The notes below the pieces were generated by a model that was not told the origin of the DNA, ran no database searches, and was given only the letters and a program-made list of their open reading frames with translations. A program made the position numbers and the translations under genes. From IMG/VR virus record IMGVR_UViG_3300045988_119876, positions 1 to 64,000 of that record: DNA of 64,000 nucleotides; one strand, 5' to 3'. Positions 27,132 to 36,845 of the stretch are shown piece by piece. How positions within the stretch are numbered: the first letter of the stretch is position 1; each line of letters begins with the position of its first letter. The stretch comes from a virus.

Positions 27132-27734
27132 ATGAGACTAACAGTAGAAGAAAACGAATACCTGATAAGTAAGTTCCTTTTGGTTCTTACTGAGTTTGCA
27201 GGGGATGAAAGAGAGATGTTTTTAATCAACTCCATACATGATAAGGCGGTGGCGGATATGAATTATCGTCTTCCGTCTTTAATAAGCAGAGAACGTAAAA
27301 GACGAGTTATTGAGCTCCTTAAAGAAGGAACCAGAATAATCAAGGACTTTTCTGGCTATGCTGGCGATATGGGTATGATTAACGAATACGATCGTCTAAA
27401 GAAAGAAATAGGAACCGTCCAAGATCAGCTTGGCGACGTAGAAGGTCAACTTCGGGCAGCCGGCGAAGTAATCAAGAAAGAGCTTGATATGATTGCTGAC
27501 CGAATCAAAGAAGACCTCCTCGACCGAGAGCTGGCTAAAAGTAATGCCGAGGCTGAAAGAAAAGCCAAAGTGGATCCGAGATACGAAGTAGCTTTAGGTG
27601 ACTACAAGGAGATGCTGGAAGTGATTTTTACAACCAGAAACAAGTATTCTACGGTAGATTCTGTACATGATGATCTTCGTCAGTCGGTATCTACCGGTAG
27701 AAATTCGATTATCAAAGAAGGATACAATAGTTAA
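27132..27734 (+). CDS. hypothetical coiled-coil protein (200 aa)
   Basis: ORF track. Confidence 0.5.
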   Translation: MRLTVEENEYLISKFLLVLTEFAGDEREMFLINSIHDKAVADMNYRLPSLISRERKRRVIELLKEGTRIIKDFSGYAGDMGMINEYDRLKKEIGTVQDQLGDVEGQLRAAGEVIKKELDMIADRIKEDLLDRELAKSNAEAERKAKVDPRYEVALGDYKEMLEVIFTTRNKYSTVDSVHDDLRQSVSTGRNSIIKEGYNS

Positions 27735-27749
27735 AAAAAAGGAGGAAAT

Positions 27750-27959
27750 ATGGAAAAGAAGGAATTTAAAGTAGGAGAAGTGTTTGATGCCGGACTTGTA
27801 AGATTAAAATGTGTGGATGCTCCAGAGCCAGACTTAGGATGTGAAGGATGTATATTTAATGACTACATTACATGCGGGTCGGTAGATGTAGTCGCAGGCC
27901 CGTGTAATCACGTAGAGAGGGAGGATGGTAAGGATGTTATTTTTATTAAAGCTGATTAG
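27750..27959 (+). CDS. hypothetical protein (69 aa)
   Basis: ORF track; strong RBS aaggagg. Confidence 0.5.
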   Translation: MEKKEFKVGEVFDAGLVRLKCVDAPEPDLGCEGCIFNDYITCGSVDVVAGPCNHVEREDGKDVIFIKAD

Positions 27960-27961
27960 GC

Positions 27962-28675
27962 ATGTACATCAATTTCAGACAACTTGCAGCATCAGACATG
28001 ACTCCTAATGATCTGGCTAATCTTCTTGCTATAAGACAGAAGGATACGGTTATGATCGAAGCCATGCTGGAAAAAGATGCTGGGAGGTATATAGAGCTTG
28101 GCCTGGTTGAGAAATTAAAATCAGGCGTGATGAGATTGACCAACAAAGGAACGTCTTTTGTGAATTATATAGAGACACCGGAAATGACAGACGAGGTTCT
28201 GGAAACGTTGAAGATTATGATAGGAATGTACGAATCGTATTCAAAAGACATAGGTGTCAGCAGAAAAGAAGCGGAATCCAGATTGTGTTGGTTTATGGGT
28301 AACACCTCATTCAAGAAAGAGGTCATACTTCAGGTAACGGAATCTTATATAGCAGAGTCAGGAGATTATACAATGAGCTTATGTAACTTCATATGGAAAC
28401 CGCCTTCTCAGGCTTTTTCAGTTCATATGAACCTTAAAAATTCAAAGCTCTTTGACTTAATAGCTGAAAAATTTAAGATCGCTACCGAGCCTTATTTGGA
28501 GTCTAAGAAGAATAAGGAAATGGATTGGTTGTTTGCCGTATCTAAATTGCCTACGCCGCCAGCTAAAGGCAATCCGGATTATTTGTTTACCGGAAGTTCT
28601 GAAACAGACAAAGAGCGATTGAAAAACATAAAAACGTATTTATTTAACAAAATTAGAAAGCAATGGAAAAAGTAG
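27962..28675 (+). CDS. hypothetical protein (237 aa), first gene of ACP/NfeD/flotillin cluster
   Basis: ORF track; stop overlaps ACP start. Confidence 0.5.
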   Translation: MYINFRQLAASDMTPNDLANLLAIRQKDTVMIEAMLEKDAGRYIELGLVEKLKSGVMRLTNKGTSFVNYIETPEMTDEVLETLKIMIGMYESYSKDIGVSRKEAESRLCWFMGNTSFKKEVILQVTESYIAESGDYTMSLCNFIWKPPSQAFSVHMNLKNSKLFDLIAEKFKIATEPYLESKKNKEMDWLFAVSKLPTPPAKGNPDYLFTGSSETDKERLKNIKTYLFNKIRKQWKK

Positions 28676-28914
28676 AAATCAGAAAGATTATAGAGGATAT
28701 AATTATTACTCAGTTTCTTAATTCAGAAATGGATATAGTTCACGAAGAAGATGTGACGTTTAAAGAACTTGGATTAGATTCTCTTGATCAAATTGAACTT
28801 GAAATGATGGTGGAACAAAAATTCAATATTGTTATTATTGATTATGATATGGAGACCATCAAAGATATGACTGATCTTGTTTACAAAATAATAACAGAAG
28901 GATATGGGAAGTGA
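28663..28914 (+). CDS. acyl carrier protein-like (83 aa)
   Basis: LGLDSLDQIELEMMVEQKFNI matches ACP phosphopantetheine-attachment motif LGxDSLDxVELVM; four-helix-sized acidic protein. Confidence 0.75.
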   Translation: MEKVEIRKIIEDIIITQFLNSEMDIVHEEDVTFKELGLDSLDQIELEMMVEQKFNIVIIDYDMETIKDMTDLVYKIITEGYGK

Positions 28915-29398
28915 TATAATTTTATGCATGGCTTTAATAGCGTCATTTGCTTTTGTTATACAGTTTTTGTTGTCGATATTAGGATCTGATCTGGATACGG
29001 ATATTGACATTGACAGTGCTTCTGATTTAAGCATGTCTTTGTCGGACATCATATCATTCAAGGGCATAACACATTTCATTCTTGGATATAGCTGGACTAC
29101 TTACTTTTCGGGTTCCCATTTAGTAGGGGTTGTGATAGGGTCGTTTTTCTTTATCGTTTTGTTTTACGTATATAAGTTACTTCTTAAGTTAAAGCAAGAA
29201 ATGGTGTACGAATGTCCGGAAGATTTAAACGGAAGAGAAGTTGAGATAGTATTTAGATCAGGGAAGAATCATTATATGGTAAATATTTCTAAAAATGGAA
29301 GACAAGAGCAAATGAGAGTAAGATGCTTGTCTGGAAAAACCTACAAAAACGGCGACAAGGCGAATATAAAATATGAAGAAGGAGAATTAAGTATCTAA
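28904..29398 (+). CDS. NfeD-like membrane protein (short YuaF/YqiJ type; two TM helices plus C-terminal beta-barrel)
   Basis: N-terminal hydrophobic helices, C-terminal GREVEIVFRSGKNHYMVNI...KYEEGELSI; sits immediately upstream of an SPFH gene as in bacterial NfeD-flotillin operons. Confidence 0.7.
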   Translation: MGSDIILCMALIASFAFVIQFLLSILGSDLDTDIDIDSASDLSMSLSDIISFKGITHFILGYSWTTYFSGSHLVGVVIGSFFFIVLFYVYKLLLKLKQEMVYECPEDLNGREVEIVFRSGKNHYMVNISKNGRQEQMRVRCLSGKTYKNGDKANIKYEEGELSI

Positions 29399-29429
29399 TT
29401 TTTTTATCAACAATTAAATTTTAAAAGTT

Positions 29430-31130
29430 ATGACAACAATCATGTACGTGTCAGCTATCTTAGCTGTAGTGATTATTTTGACAATCATCGGAGTCTTATC
29501 AAGGTATCGTAGATGTAAGCCTAATCAGGTCTTGGTCGTTTACGGTAAGACAGGTGGGGAAAAGAAGTCGGCAAAATTATATCATGGTGGAGCGGCATTT
29601 GTCTTGCCTATTATTCAAAGCTATGATGTTTTGTCAATGGAGCCTATGCAAATAGATTGCAAGCTTACCGGTGCTTTGTCATCTCAGAATATTAGAGTAG
29701 ATGTACCTACGACCATTACAGTAGCTATCAGTACAAATCCCGAAATCATGCAAAATGCGGCAGAAAGACTTTTGGGGATGAATACCGAATCTACTGAAAA
29801 TCTTATTACGGACATCGTTTACGGTCAGATGCGTTTGATTATTGCTGAAATGACAATCGAAAAACTTAATTCTGACAGGGATGAGTTTTTGGATAAGGCG
29901 AGAAAGAACATTGATAACGAGCTTAACAAGTTAGGTCTTTACCTCCTGAACATCAACATCAGTGACATCAGAGACGAAGCCGGTTATATTATGAACCTTG
30001 GTAAGGAAGCTGAAAGTAGGGCTCTGAACGAGGCACAGGCTAATATCGAAGAACAGGAGAAGCTGGGTGCTATTAAAATTGCTGTACAGCAGAAGGAAAA
30101 AGAAACGGCTGTGGCTAATACCAAAAAAGAACAAGAGATTCAAATTGCTTGTACTGAAAAAGAAAAGGAGACAATAGTAGCTGAAACGAAGAAAGAAAAA
30201 GAAATAGCTTTAGCTTTAACCGATAAAGAGAAACAGATCGGTGTAGCTCAAGCAGATAGAGACAGGGCTGCGGTTATCGCAAAAACTTTAACCGACAAGG
30301 AATCGGCGATCGTAAGATCTAAGGCAGAACTTGAAGTAAATAAAGCCGAGGCTGAAAGAATGGAAGAAGTCGGAAAGAATAAGGCTGAAGCTGACAAGGA
30401 AGCAGCTATAGCAATACAAGACTCTGAAGCTCAGATTAAGAAGGCTGAGGCTGAGAAAAATGCGTCTATAGGATACAACAATGCCCAGAAGGAGGTTGCT
30501 GTATCAGTATCAGAACTACAGATCATCAAAGCTCAATCAGAGAAGAAGGCCGGAGAAGAAAAAGTTAAATCGGAAGCGGCTGTAAAAACAGCAAAAGAGC
30601 TTGCCGACAAAGAAGTGGAAGAAGCTAAGGCTAAGAAAGTTCAGGCTGCGCTTAAGGCTGAAAAGATTGTGCCGGCTGAAACCCAGAAGGAAGAGGCTAT
30701 CTTGCAAGCTGATGCTGAGGCAGAGAAGATCAAACGCCGGGCTGAGGCAGAAGCAGCAGCACATTTGGCAAAAGCTGAGGCGGAGGCAAAAGCTATTCAA
30801 ATGAAGCTGGAGGCAGAAGCCGAAGGTAAGAAAAAATCGTTGATGGCAGAAGCCGACGGATTTAAGGCTATGGTGGAAGCAGCAGAATCCAATCCTCAGA
30901 TCGCCATCCAGTACAAGATGGTTAATCAGTGGAAAGAAATTGCCGGAGAACAGGTTAAGGCATTTGAGCACATTAACCTCGGAAATATCACGGTATTTGA
31001 CGGCGGTCAGAACAGTACCGGTAATTTCCTTAACAATGTTGTCAAGACCGTCGCTCCGGCATTGGGAGTCATTGATCAGCTTCCGATTGCAGATACTTTA
31101 AAGAAGTTAAAAGGAGATGACAAAAAATAA
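29430..31130 (+). CDS. flotillin-like SPFH/band-7 protein (566 aa)
   Basis: N-terminal TM, SPFH core, long Ala/Glu-rich coiled-coil (AEAEK repeats) as in FloT/YqiK. Confidence 0.8.
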   Translation: MTTIMYVSAILAVVIILTIIGVLSRYRRCKPNQVLVVYGKTGGEKKSAKLYHGGAAFVLPIIQSYDVLSMEPMQIDCKLTGALSSQNIRVDVPTTITVAISTNPEIMQNAAERLLGMNTESTENLITDIVYGQMRLIIAEMTIEKLNSDRDEFLDKARKNIDNELNKLGLYLLNINISDIRDEAGYIMNLGKEAESRALNEAQANIEEQEKLGAIKIAVQQKEKETAVANTKKEQEIQIACTEKEKETIVAETKKEKEIALALTDKEKQIGVAQADRDRAAVIAKTLTDKESAIVRSKAELEVNKAEAERMEEVGKNKAEADKEAAIAIQDSEAQIKKAEAEKNASIGYNNAQKEVAVSVSELQIIKAQSEKKAGEEKVKSEAAVKTAKELADKEVEEAKAKKVQAALKAEKIVPAETQKEEAILQADAEAEKIKRRAEAEAAAHLAKAEAEAKAIQMKLEAEAEGKKKSLMAEADGFKAMVEAAESNPQIAIQYKMVNQWKEIAGEQVKAFEHINLGNITVFDGGQNSTGNFLNNVVKTVAPALGVIDQLPIADTLKKLKGDDKK

Positions 31131-31137
31131 ATACAAT

Positions 31138-31159
31138 GGCCCAAGGTTACACTTGGGCC
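31138..31159 (+). other. perfect 8-bp hairpin ggcccaag-gttaca-cttgggcc just after the flotillin stop
   Basis: seen in sequence; no T-run follows, so not a canonical terminator. Confidence 0.35.
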
Positions 31160-31293
31160 TAATTGAAGAAGCAAAAGCAGCATTCATAGATTTCCTGCCG
31201 GCAGGGACAGTGATTTTAAGTGCTTTACTAATTACGATATTTTTAACATGGATTTTGGACAAGATTTAGAACCAGAAGAACTGACCAAGCATT

Positions 31294-31653
31294 ATGATCA
31301 GTATTATGGAATTGATTTTGAAACAGAAGAAGAGGAGGATGAAGAGTATGACTGACGAGGAATTTGTATTGGATAATAAGAAAAGGGTTGTTGTAAGAAA
31401 AAGAATATCTTATTTAAGCAAAGGGGATAAAGTGTGGATTGTGTCTTCCGACGGGTATCTGCTACACACGGACGTGGTTAGAGCCGACCGCGGCCGATCT
31501 TATGTGGATATAGACGGTATCCTGTATTGGAAACGAGGATTGGATGGCAAGCATCGTAATCGTAATAACTACATGCAGTTTGCCATGACACCAGAAGACG
31601 GTAAGAAGTATGTCGTATATTACCCAGAAGGATTTAAAGACAATGACTTATGA
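31294..31653 (+). CDS. hypothetical protein (likely ATG at 31339 or 31348)
   Basis: ORF track; ATGA overlap with next gene. Confidence 0.5.
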   Translation: MISIMELILKQKKRRMKSMTDEEFVLDNKKRVVVRKRISYLSKGDKVWIVSSDGYLLHTDVVRADRGRSYVDIDGILYWKRGLDGKHRNRNNYMQFAMTPEDGKKYVVYYPEGFKDNDL

Positions 31654-32669
31654 TGGTCCCGGAAACGCATTTGCTATATAAGGAGTTTAATGGTGTGAAA
31701 CGTCTTGCCATATCTTATTCCCAGATAGATACGTTTCTTACCTGTCCAATGAAATGGTATAAAACTTACGTAGAGGGCAAAAGGTCTACAGAAAAACAAG
31801 AAGCTACATCTTATGGTACGGTTATCCATAAGACACTGGAATACTTCTTTAAGAACGGAAGACAGCCTTCTGGTAAAGACCTTGGAGAAGCAATAAGTTA
31901 CTATGCTTACCAAGAAGACATACCTTGGCTATCACCGGAAAATATGATGATAGCCATGAAACAATCTGGGGAGCTTCTTGCTTGGATTGTGGATCTGTTT
32001 AAAAAAGACGGGAATAGGTTTATGATAGCTGATAGTGATCTTAATCCCTGTGAGAAACTTATCAGACACGGCGCTATAGTTGGAGTCGAAGAAGATTTTG
32101 TGCTGCCGTACCGTCTTCCTAAGCCTGTTGATATAAATGGAGTAATTCATACTCATGTGTACATAGTAGGATCGGTAGACCTTCATCTGGCTATAAAGAG
32201 CAAGAACGTAGTTCACCATTATGTCATAGATTGGAAATCAGGGAATAAGATTTTTGATTCTAAGAAGTTGGAAACGAATTTACAGCATCCTATATATTCA
32301 TTTTACATCTATAGAAAATATGGTGGAGTTCTGCCAGATATGAACATCTATTTCTTTACCAGAACCAGGCAGTACCAAAAGGTTAAGATAGATGAAGAGC
32401 GTAAAACAAAATCTATAGAAATGCTAAATGACACTTTGTCTAAAATGTATGATTTTGAAGATAATAGTGTAAAAACATTTCAAGCGTACATCCAGGGAGC
32501 AGAAGAAGCCAGGTATAGCAAGCGGCGCGCCACCCTAAGCCAGCCTGTTTCGCAAAACAAGCTACCCTGCCCGTCGGCGCTGTGTTATTATTGTGACTTT
32601 GGATTACATAACAAAAACGAATGCCCTTTCTCTTCAGATTGGGATCCGTCTAAAAAGATAAAACGATGA
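31650..32669 (+). CDS. Cas4/RecB-like PD-(D/E)XK exonuclease with C-terminal Cys cluster
   Basis: YSQIDTFLTCPMKWY N-terminal motif, VDLHLA...VIDWKSG (D...D/ExK), C-terminal CPSALCYYC...ECPF. Confidence 0.65.
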   Translation: MMVPETHLLYKEFNGVKRLAISYSQIDTFLTCPMKWYKTYVEGKRSTEKQEATSYGTVIHKTLEYFFKNGRQPSGKDLGEAISYYAYQEDIPWLSPENMMIAMKQSGELLAWIVDLFKKDGNRFMIADSDLNPCEKLIRHGAIVGVEEDFVLPYRLPKPVDINGVIHTHVYIVGSVDLHLAIKSKNVVHHYVIDWKSGNKIFDSKKLETNLQHPIYSFYIYRKYGGVLPDMNIYFFTRTRQYQKVKIDEERKTKSIEMLNDTLSKMYDFEDNSVKTFQAYIQGAEEARYSKRRATLSQPVSQNKLPCPSALCYYCDFGLHNKNECPFSSDWDPSKKIKR

Positions 32670-32836
32670 AATACGAGGATGTTCAAAAGTTAAGAACGAA
32701 ATACCGGCAAGATCCGGAAGTTATAAACGTAGAATACATGAGAGACGTTGCTGTAAGATGCGGGAATTTCAAGAAAGCGTTTGAGCTTCAGGAGAAGCTG
32801 GAGGATATATGGTTCAACTATTTAAAAGGAGTGTAA
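32666..32836 (+). CDS. small hypothetical protein (56 aa, below ORF-track cutoff)
   Basis: ATG 32666 overlaps previous stop (ATGA) and its stop 32834-32836 overlaps next ATG; fills a gap. Confidence 0.35.
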   Translation: MKYEDVQKLRTKYRQDPEVINVEYMRDVAVRCGNFKKAFELQEKLEDIWFNYLKGV

Positions 32837-33159
32837 TGAAAGAAGATCTAATATGTGGAGTAGCGATCCTTTTGTATTTAGTTTTATTATACTTACTCAC
32901 GACAGCTTTCATAAAAACAGGTAGAGCAGTAGAGCGTTATAAGATGAAGAAGAAAACTGACAAAATCAAAGTAGGTCAAAGATACGAACATAAGAGCTAC
33001 TTTGAGGATCCATTTGAAAGAGGCAAGCATGTGATTAAGATATTAGACATAAAAGAAGGGTACGCTCTATATGAGTACGAAGAAAAACTATATATACGTT
33101 CTTCTGTGAGTCTTGAAGATATTGCTAAAATATATGTTTTAATTACTGATATAAAATAA
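32836..33159 (+). CDS. single-pass membrane protein (107 aa from ATG 32836)
   Basis: ICGVAILLYLVLLYLLTTAFI hydrophobic helix. Confidence 0.5.
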   Translation: MKEDLICGVAILLYLVLLYLLTTAFIKTGRAVERYKMKKKTDKIKVGQRYEHKSYFEDPFERGKHVIKILDIKEGYALYEYEEKLYIRSSVSLEDIAKIYVLITDIK

Positions 33160-33165
33160 GGGATT

Positions 33166-33552
33166 ATGGAAAAGAAAGTCACAATCAAAGAAGGAATGGA
33201 TATTTTTTACAAAAATGCAGGGAAAGATATATGGGTCTATATTGGACTTTTTGGAAATAAAGTGCTATCCATTTTAAAAAACAAAGGTGTTATTGCATGC
33301 GAAAACGATGCTGAATATTGCGTGTTGATGGATGGAGAAGATCATTTTATAAGTATAGCAAAAGACATGAGTCACGACTATTGTTGTGAGTACGTTGTAG
33401 AAAGAGCAGAAGCCTACAGAGACTACCCCTCCAAAGGTGCTACATGCAGTGTATGCCTGTTTGAAGATAATGAGAATAAAGCAAGGGAGATGTTGAAAGA
33501 GGCGATAATAGAACTTTCAAAAAATAATATAATAGATTGCGATGGGCTTTGA
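33166..33552 (+). CDS. hypothetical protein (128 aa)
   Basis: ORF track. Confidence 0.5.
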   Translation: MEKKVTIKEGMDIFYKNAGKDIWVYIGLFGNKVLSILKNKGVIACENDAEYCVLMDGEDHFISIAKDMSHDYCCEYVVERAEAYRDYPSKGATCSVCLFEDNENKAREMLKEAIIELSKNNIIDCDGL

Positions 33553-34963
33553 ACTTAGACCTTACCAAAAAGAAGCAGTAGATGCCGGGCTTAAGTTTCT
33601 TACAGGAAGATCTAAGAAGCCTGGCATAATCGTAGCCCCATGCGGATGTGGAAAGAGCCTTCTGATATCCAAGATAGCACATGAAATAAATAGACCGACA
33701 TTAGTATTACAGCCCTCAAAAGAGATTCTGGAGCAGAATTATGCAAAGGCCGTATCATTCGGTTCTAAACCTACTATATATTCTGCTTCATGTGGTATAA
33801 AGGAGCTGTCGGCTATGACTTATGCTACACTTAAAAGCATAAAGAAAGACGTAGCAAGGTTGAAAGATATAGGGATAGATACCTTATTGATAGACGAATG
33901 TCATTCAGGATATTCTCCTGAAGAAGGTTCTGAATTTATGGAGTTTATGAACGGGTTCCCAGAGGCGAAGGTGCTGGGCTTCACCGCCACTCCCTGCCGC
34001 CTCCGAACCTACAGTTCCATGCTGGAAGGAAACTATAGCAAGCTCAATATGCTGACGAAAGACGAGCATAACTTCTTCAAGAAAATAGTTCATGTGACTC
34101 AAATACAAGAACTAACTTCTCAAGGGTTTTGGTGTCCACTTAAGTACGAACGATGGTCGTTTGATGAATCAGCTCTGATGTTAAACAGCACCGGGGCTGA
34201 ATACACCAACGAATCTATTAAAGAAAGTATTGTACGAAACGGCTTAAACAACTCTATCTACAAGCGCCTTCTTCAACTTATGAACGAACGTAAAGCCATT
34301 TTGGTTTGCATGGATTCTATCGAATCATGTAATAGAATATCAGAGTTCATGAATGCCAGGATGGGAACCATAACCGGTGTCGTGACATCGCTAACAACCA
34401 AAAAGAAAAGAGAACAAATCATATCCGATTTCAAAGAAGGTAAGTTGAAGGTGGTTTTTAATTATTCAACGCTTGCTACCGGATTTGACTTTCCTGAACT
34501 TGATTGTGTGATGTTTGGGCGTCCAACATTCTCATATTCAGTATTCTATCAAATTGTAGGCCGTGCCGTCCGCATCCATCCTGACAAGAAAGAGGCGCTG
34601 ATAGTTGATTGCTGCGACAACATGAGGCGTTTCGGTCGGATAGAAGACCTGACAATCGAGCAATTCCCTTCTAAGGGCTGGTGTATGTTTGCCGGCAATC
34701 AACTTCTGTCTAATATAAGGATGGGTGATATTATTACCAAAGACGAGATCCTTCGTCGGGCAGCCTCGCTTAAATCTGTGAATGGAGATGGTAGGAGAGA
34801 AGACGATCTTGACAGTATAATAATGTGGTTTGGAAAATATGAAGGAATTAGATTCAAGGACATACCGGTGTCGTATTTTAGGTTCTTGGCTGAGAATATG
34901 GCAGTAAAACCAGGAGACAGAAAAGAAAAGATTATCGAATATTATAATAGGATAAAAGCATGA
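33542..34963 (+). CDS. SF2 DEAD/DEAH-box DNA helicase (473 aa)
   Basis: RPYQ, Walker A APCGCGKS, motif II LLIDECH, helicase C-terminal motifs ATGFDFPELD...QIVGRAVR. Confidence 0.75.
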   Translation: MGFELRPYQKEAVDAGLKFLTGRSKKPGIIVAPCGCGKSLLISKIAHEINRPTLVLQPSKEILEQNYAKAVSFGSKPTIYSASCGIKELSAMTYATLKSIKKDVARLKDIGIDTLLIDECHSGYSPEEGSEFMEFMNGFPEAKVLGFTATPCRLRTYSSMLEGNYSKLNMLTKDEHNFFKKIVHVTQIQELTSQGFWCPLKYERWSFDESALMLNSTGAEYTNESIKESIVRNGLNNSIYKRLLQLMNERKAILVCMDSIESCNRISEFMNARMGTITGVVTSLTTKKKREQIISDFKEGKLKVVFNYSTLATGFDFPELDCVMFGRPTFSYSVFYQIVGRAVRIHPDKKEALIVDCCDNMRRFGRIEDLTIEQFPSKGWCMFAGNQLLSNIRMGDIITKDEILRRAASLKSVNGDGRREDDLDSIIMWFGKYEGIRFKDIPVSYFRFLAENMAVKPGDRKEKIIEYYNRIKA

Positions 34964-35316
34964 ACAACAAGAGAAGAAAAAAAATATCAGATGTTATTAA
35001 CAACGTAAATAAGTATAAAACAGATTTTGAATACATCAAATCAAAGTTGTCGGAGTTGAAGCACAACATAAATTCAGCCAAAGATGATGTTGATATGATT
35101 TTAGACGAAGAGACTGAGGCGAGAGATAATATACCAGAATCGTTACAAGACTCAGAAAGATATTGGGAATCAGATCAGGCTGTAACTGATATGGAGGAGG
35201 TGGTTGATGATATGGAAGGTATTATAAATGATTTAGATGATGTGATTTCAACCATAGATGGGAGCATTAAAACCATAAATGGTTCTATAAAAGTAAATTT
35301 AGTAGGAATAATATAA
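34960..35316 (+). CDS. hypothetical protein with strongly acidic C-terminal half (118 aa)
   Basis: ORF track; ATGA overlap. Confidence 0.5.
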   Translation: MNNKRRKKISDVINNVNKYKTDFEYIKSKLSELKHNINSAKDDVDMILDEETEARDNIPESLQDSERYWESDQAVTDMEEVVDDMEGIINDLDDVISTIDGSIKTINGSIKVNLVGII

Positions 35317-35604
35317 ATGGAAACAAATGAATTAAGGGAAATACTTAAATTGTATGGTCTTCAACATGATGTTGTTATCAACAAAAGTTCAAGAAGGTAT
35401 TCCATTATATTGGATAACAATATAATAGGAACCAACCACGCCGAAGAGAGGGTGGTTGTGTTCCGTCCTATACCGGAAGGAAAAAACACATTCTGCATGG
35501 AGCGAGATAGGTTCTACACGGAGTTTGAAGAAGCTTTTGATGATGATAAAGCCATAGAAGCCGTAAGACAATATTTTGAAAACAACAAAAACAGAAAGTC
35601 ATGA
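35317..35604 (+). CDS. hypothetical protein (95 aa)
   Basis: ORF track. Confidence 0.5.
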   Translation: METNELREILKLYGLQHDVVINKSSRRYSIILDNNIIGTNHAEERVVVFRPIPEGKNTFCMERDRFYTEFEEAFDDDKAIEAVRQYFENNKNRKS

Positions 35605-35954
35605 AAGAAAACGAAATATTTAGGTTGAAGGGCAGAATCGCTATATCCAATCTATCACGTGAGGACAAGGATATGATAAATAGCATCCTTGATGGTATTA
35701 ACAAAAAGGATGAAGATGAAAAAGGGTATGTCTATACCGTAAGAATAAAACAAAACAACGGAAGGGTTGTGCATGCTACTTTATTTTTTAAAGACAAGAA
35801 AGGCCCTACATTTGAAGATTTAAAGAAGGAGCTTGATGACATGGGAGTTAAAAATGATAGTTATAGCAATAACGGCATAATTATCATTAACCGCATTGTT
35901 ATGAGCGGAGAAGAATTTGATCGCTTTGTAGGAGATGATGGACGATATTATTAG
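35601..35954 (+). CDS. hypothetical protein (117 aa)
   Basis: ORF track; ATGA overlap. Confidence 0.5.
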   Translation: MKENEIFRLKGRIAISNLSREDKDMINSILDGINKKDEDEKGYVYTVRIKQNNGRVVHATLFFKDKKGPTFEDLKKELDDMGVKNDSYSNNGIIIINRIVMSGEEFDRFVGDDGRYY

Positions 35955-35990
35955 ACAGTTAATTAAAATAACGATAAAACAAAATAAAAG

Positions 35991-36536
35991 ATGGACGATA
36001 TTATTATTAAAAAAGGAACCGATGTAGTTCTTAACAGAGATCTTAATGTTCGTGAAGTAACAGTAGCCAGAAAAGGACTTAAGGTTGCATGTGAAAAGGA
36101 TATCAAAAAAGGAGATACAGAAGTTACACTGTCATACGAAGGTCGTATGGAGTTCGATGTACCAGTTGAATATATATCTAAGAGTGATAATACTCTTTTT
36201 GAAAATAAAGAAAGTAAGTCGGTAAAGAATGACATCATTGACGATAAACTACGATGGGATTTGCTTCCAATGGAAGAGATTGAGGATATTGTAAGAGTCT
36301 ATCATGCTGGTGCAAAGAAGTACGGACCCAATAAATGGCAGAACCTTGACAACGGGTTTGAACGGTATCGTGCTGCGGCTGCCAGACACCTAATGGAATA
36401 CATGAAAGGGGAAAGAATAGACTCAGATACAGGAGCTTTTCATCTTGCACAATGTGCATGGAATTGTATAGCTATGCTGTGGTATGATAAGCACGGGAAA
36501 GGATTAATACCATTAAATAAGGAGGAAAAGAAATGA
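35991..36536 (+). CDS. DUF5664 / dATP-dGTP-diphosphohydrolase-N-terminal-like domain protein (181 aa)
   Basis: KLRWDLLP...AGAKKYGPNKW...AAARHL...DSDTGAFHLAQCAWN resembles the conserved core of that phage family. Confidence 0.45.
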   Translation: MDDIIIKKGTDVVLNRDLNVREVTVARKGLKVACEKDIKKGDTEVTLSYEGRMEFDVPVEYISKSDNTLFENKESKSVKNDIIDDKLRWDLLPMEEIEDIVRVYHAGAKKYGPNKWQNLDNGFERYRAAAARHLMEYMKGERIDSDTGAFHLAQCAWNCIAMLWYDKHGKGLIPLNKEEKK

Positions 36537-36841
36537 CAATAGAACAACTAAATTATTTATTAAGAAAAGAGCTTTATGCTATAAAAAACCATAAAGACAA
36601 TATTGATAGAATCAAAAAAGAATATTTTGATTCCAATTATGGGTTAAAAGAAGGAGATAAGATCCGTATTTTACACGAAGCAGGAGATGAAATGATAGGC
36701 TTCTTGAAAAAAGTTGAAGTATGTGAAGACGGAGATCTGTACTTGACAATACAAAAACAAAACGAAAAAGGTGACAGAGGCAGAGGAAAATGGAATATGT
36801 ATCTATCATCAAAATTAATTAAAATTGAAAAATGTGTATAA
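36533..36841 (+). CDS. hypothetical protein (102 aa)
   Basis: ORF track; RBS taaggagg. Confidence 0.5.
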   Translation: MTIEQLNYLLRKELYAIKNHKDNIDRIKKEYFDSNYGLKEGDKIRILHEAGDEMIGFLKKVEVCEDGDLYLTIQKQNEKGDRGRGKWNMYLSSKLIKIEKCV

Positions 36842-36845
36842 TACC

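Noticed and set aside
31248-31355. 35-codon acidic mini-ORF upstream of 31294..31653
   Set aside because: Too short and compositionally trivial (mostly Glu) to support; could equally be 5' UTR.
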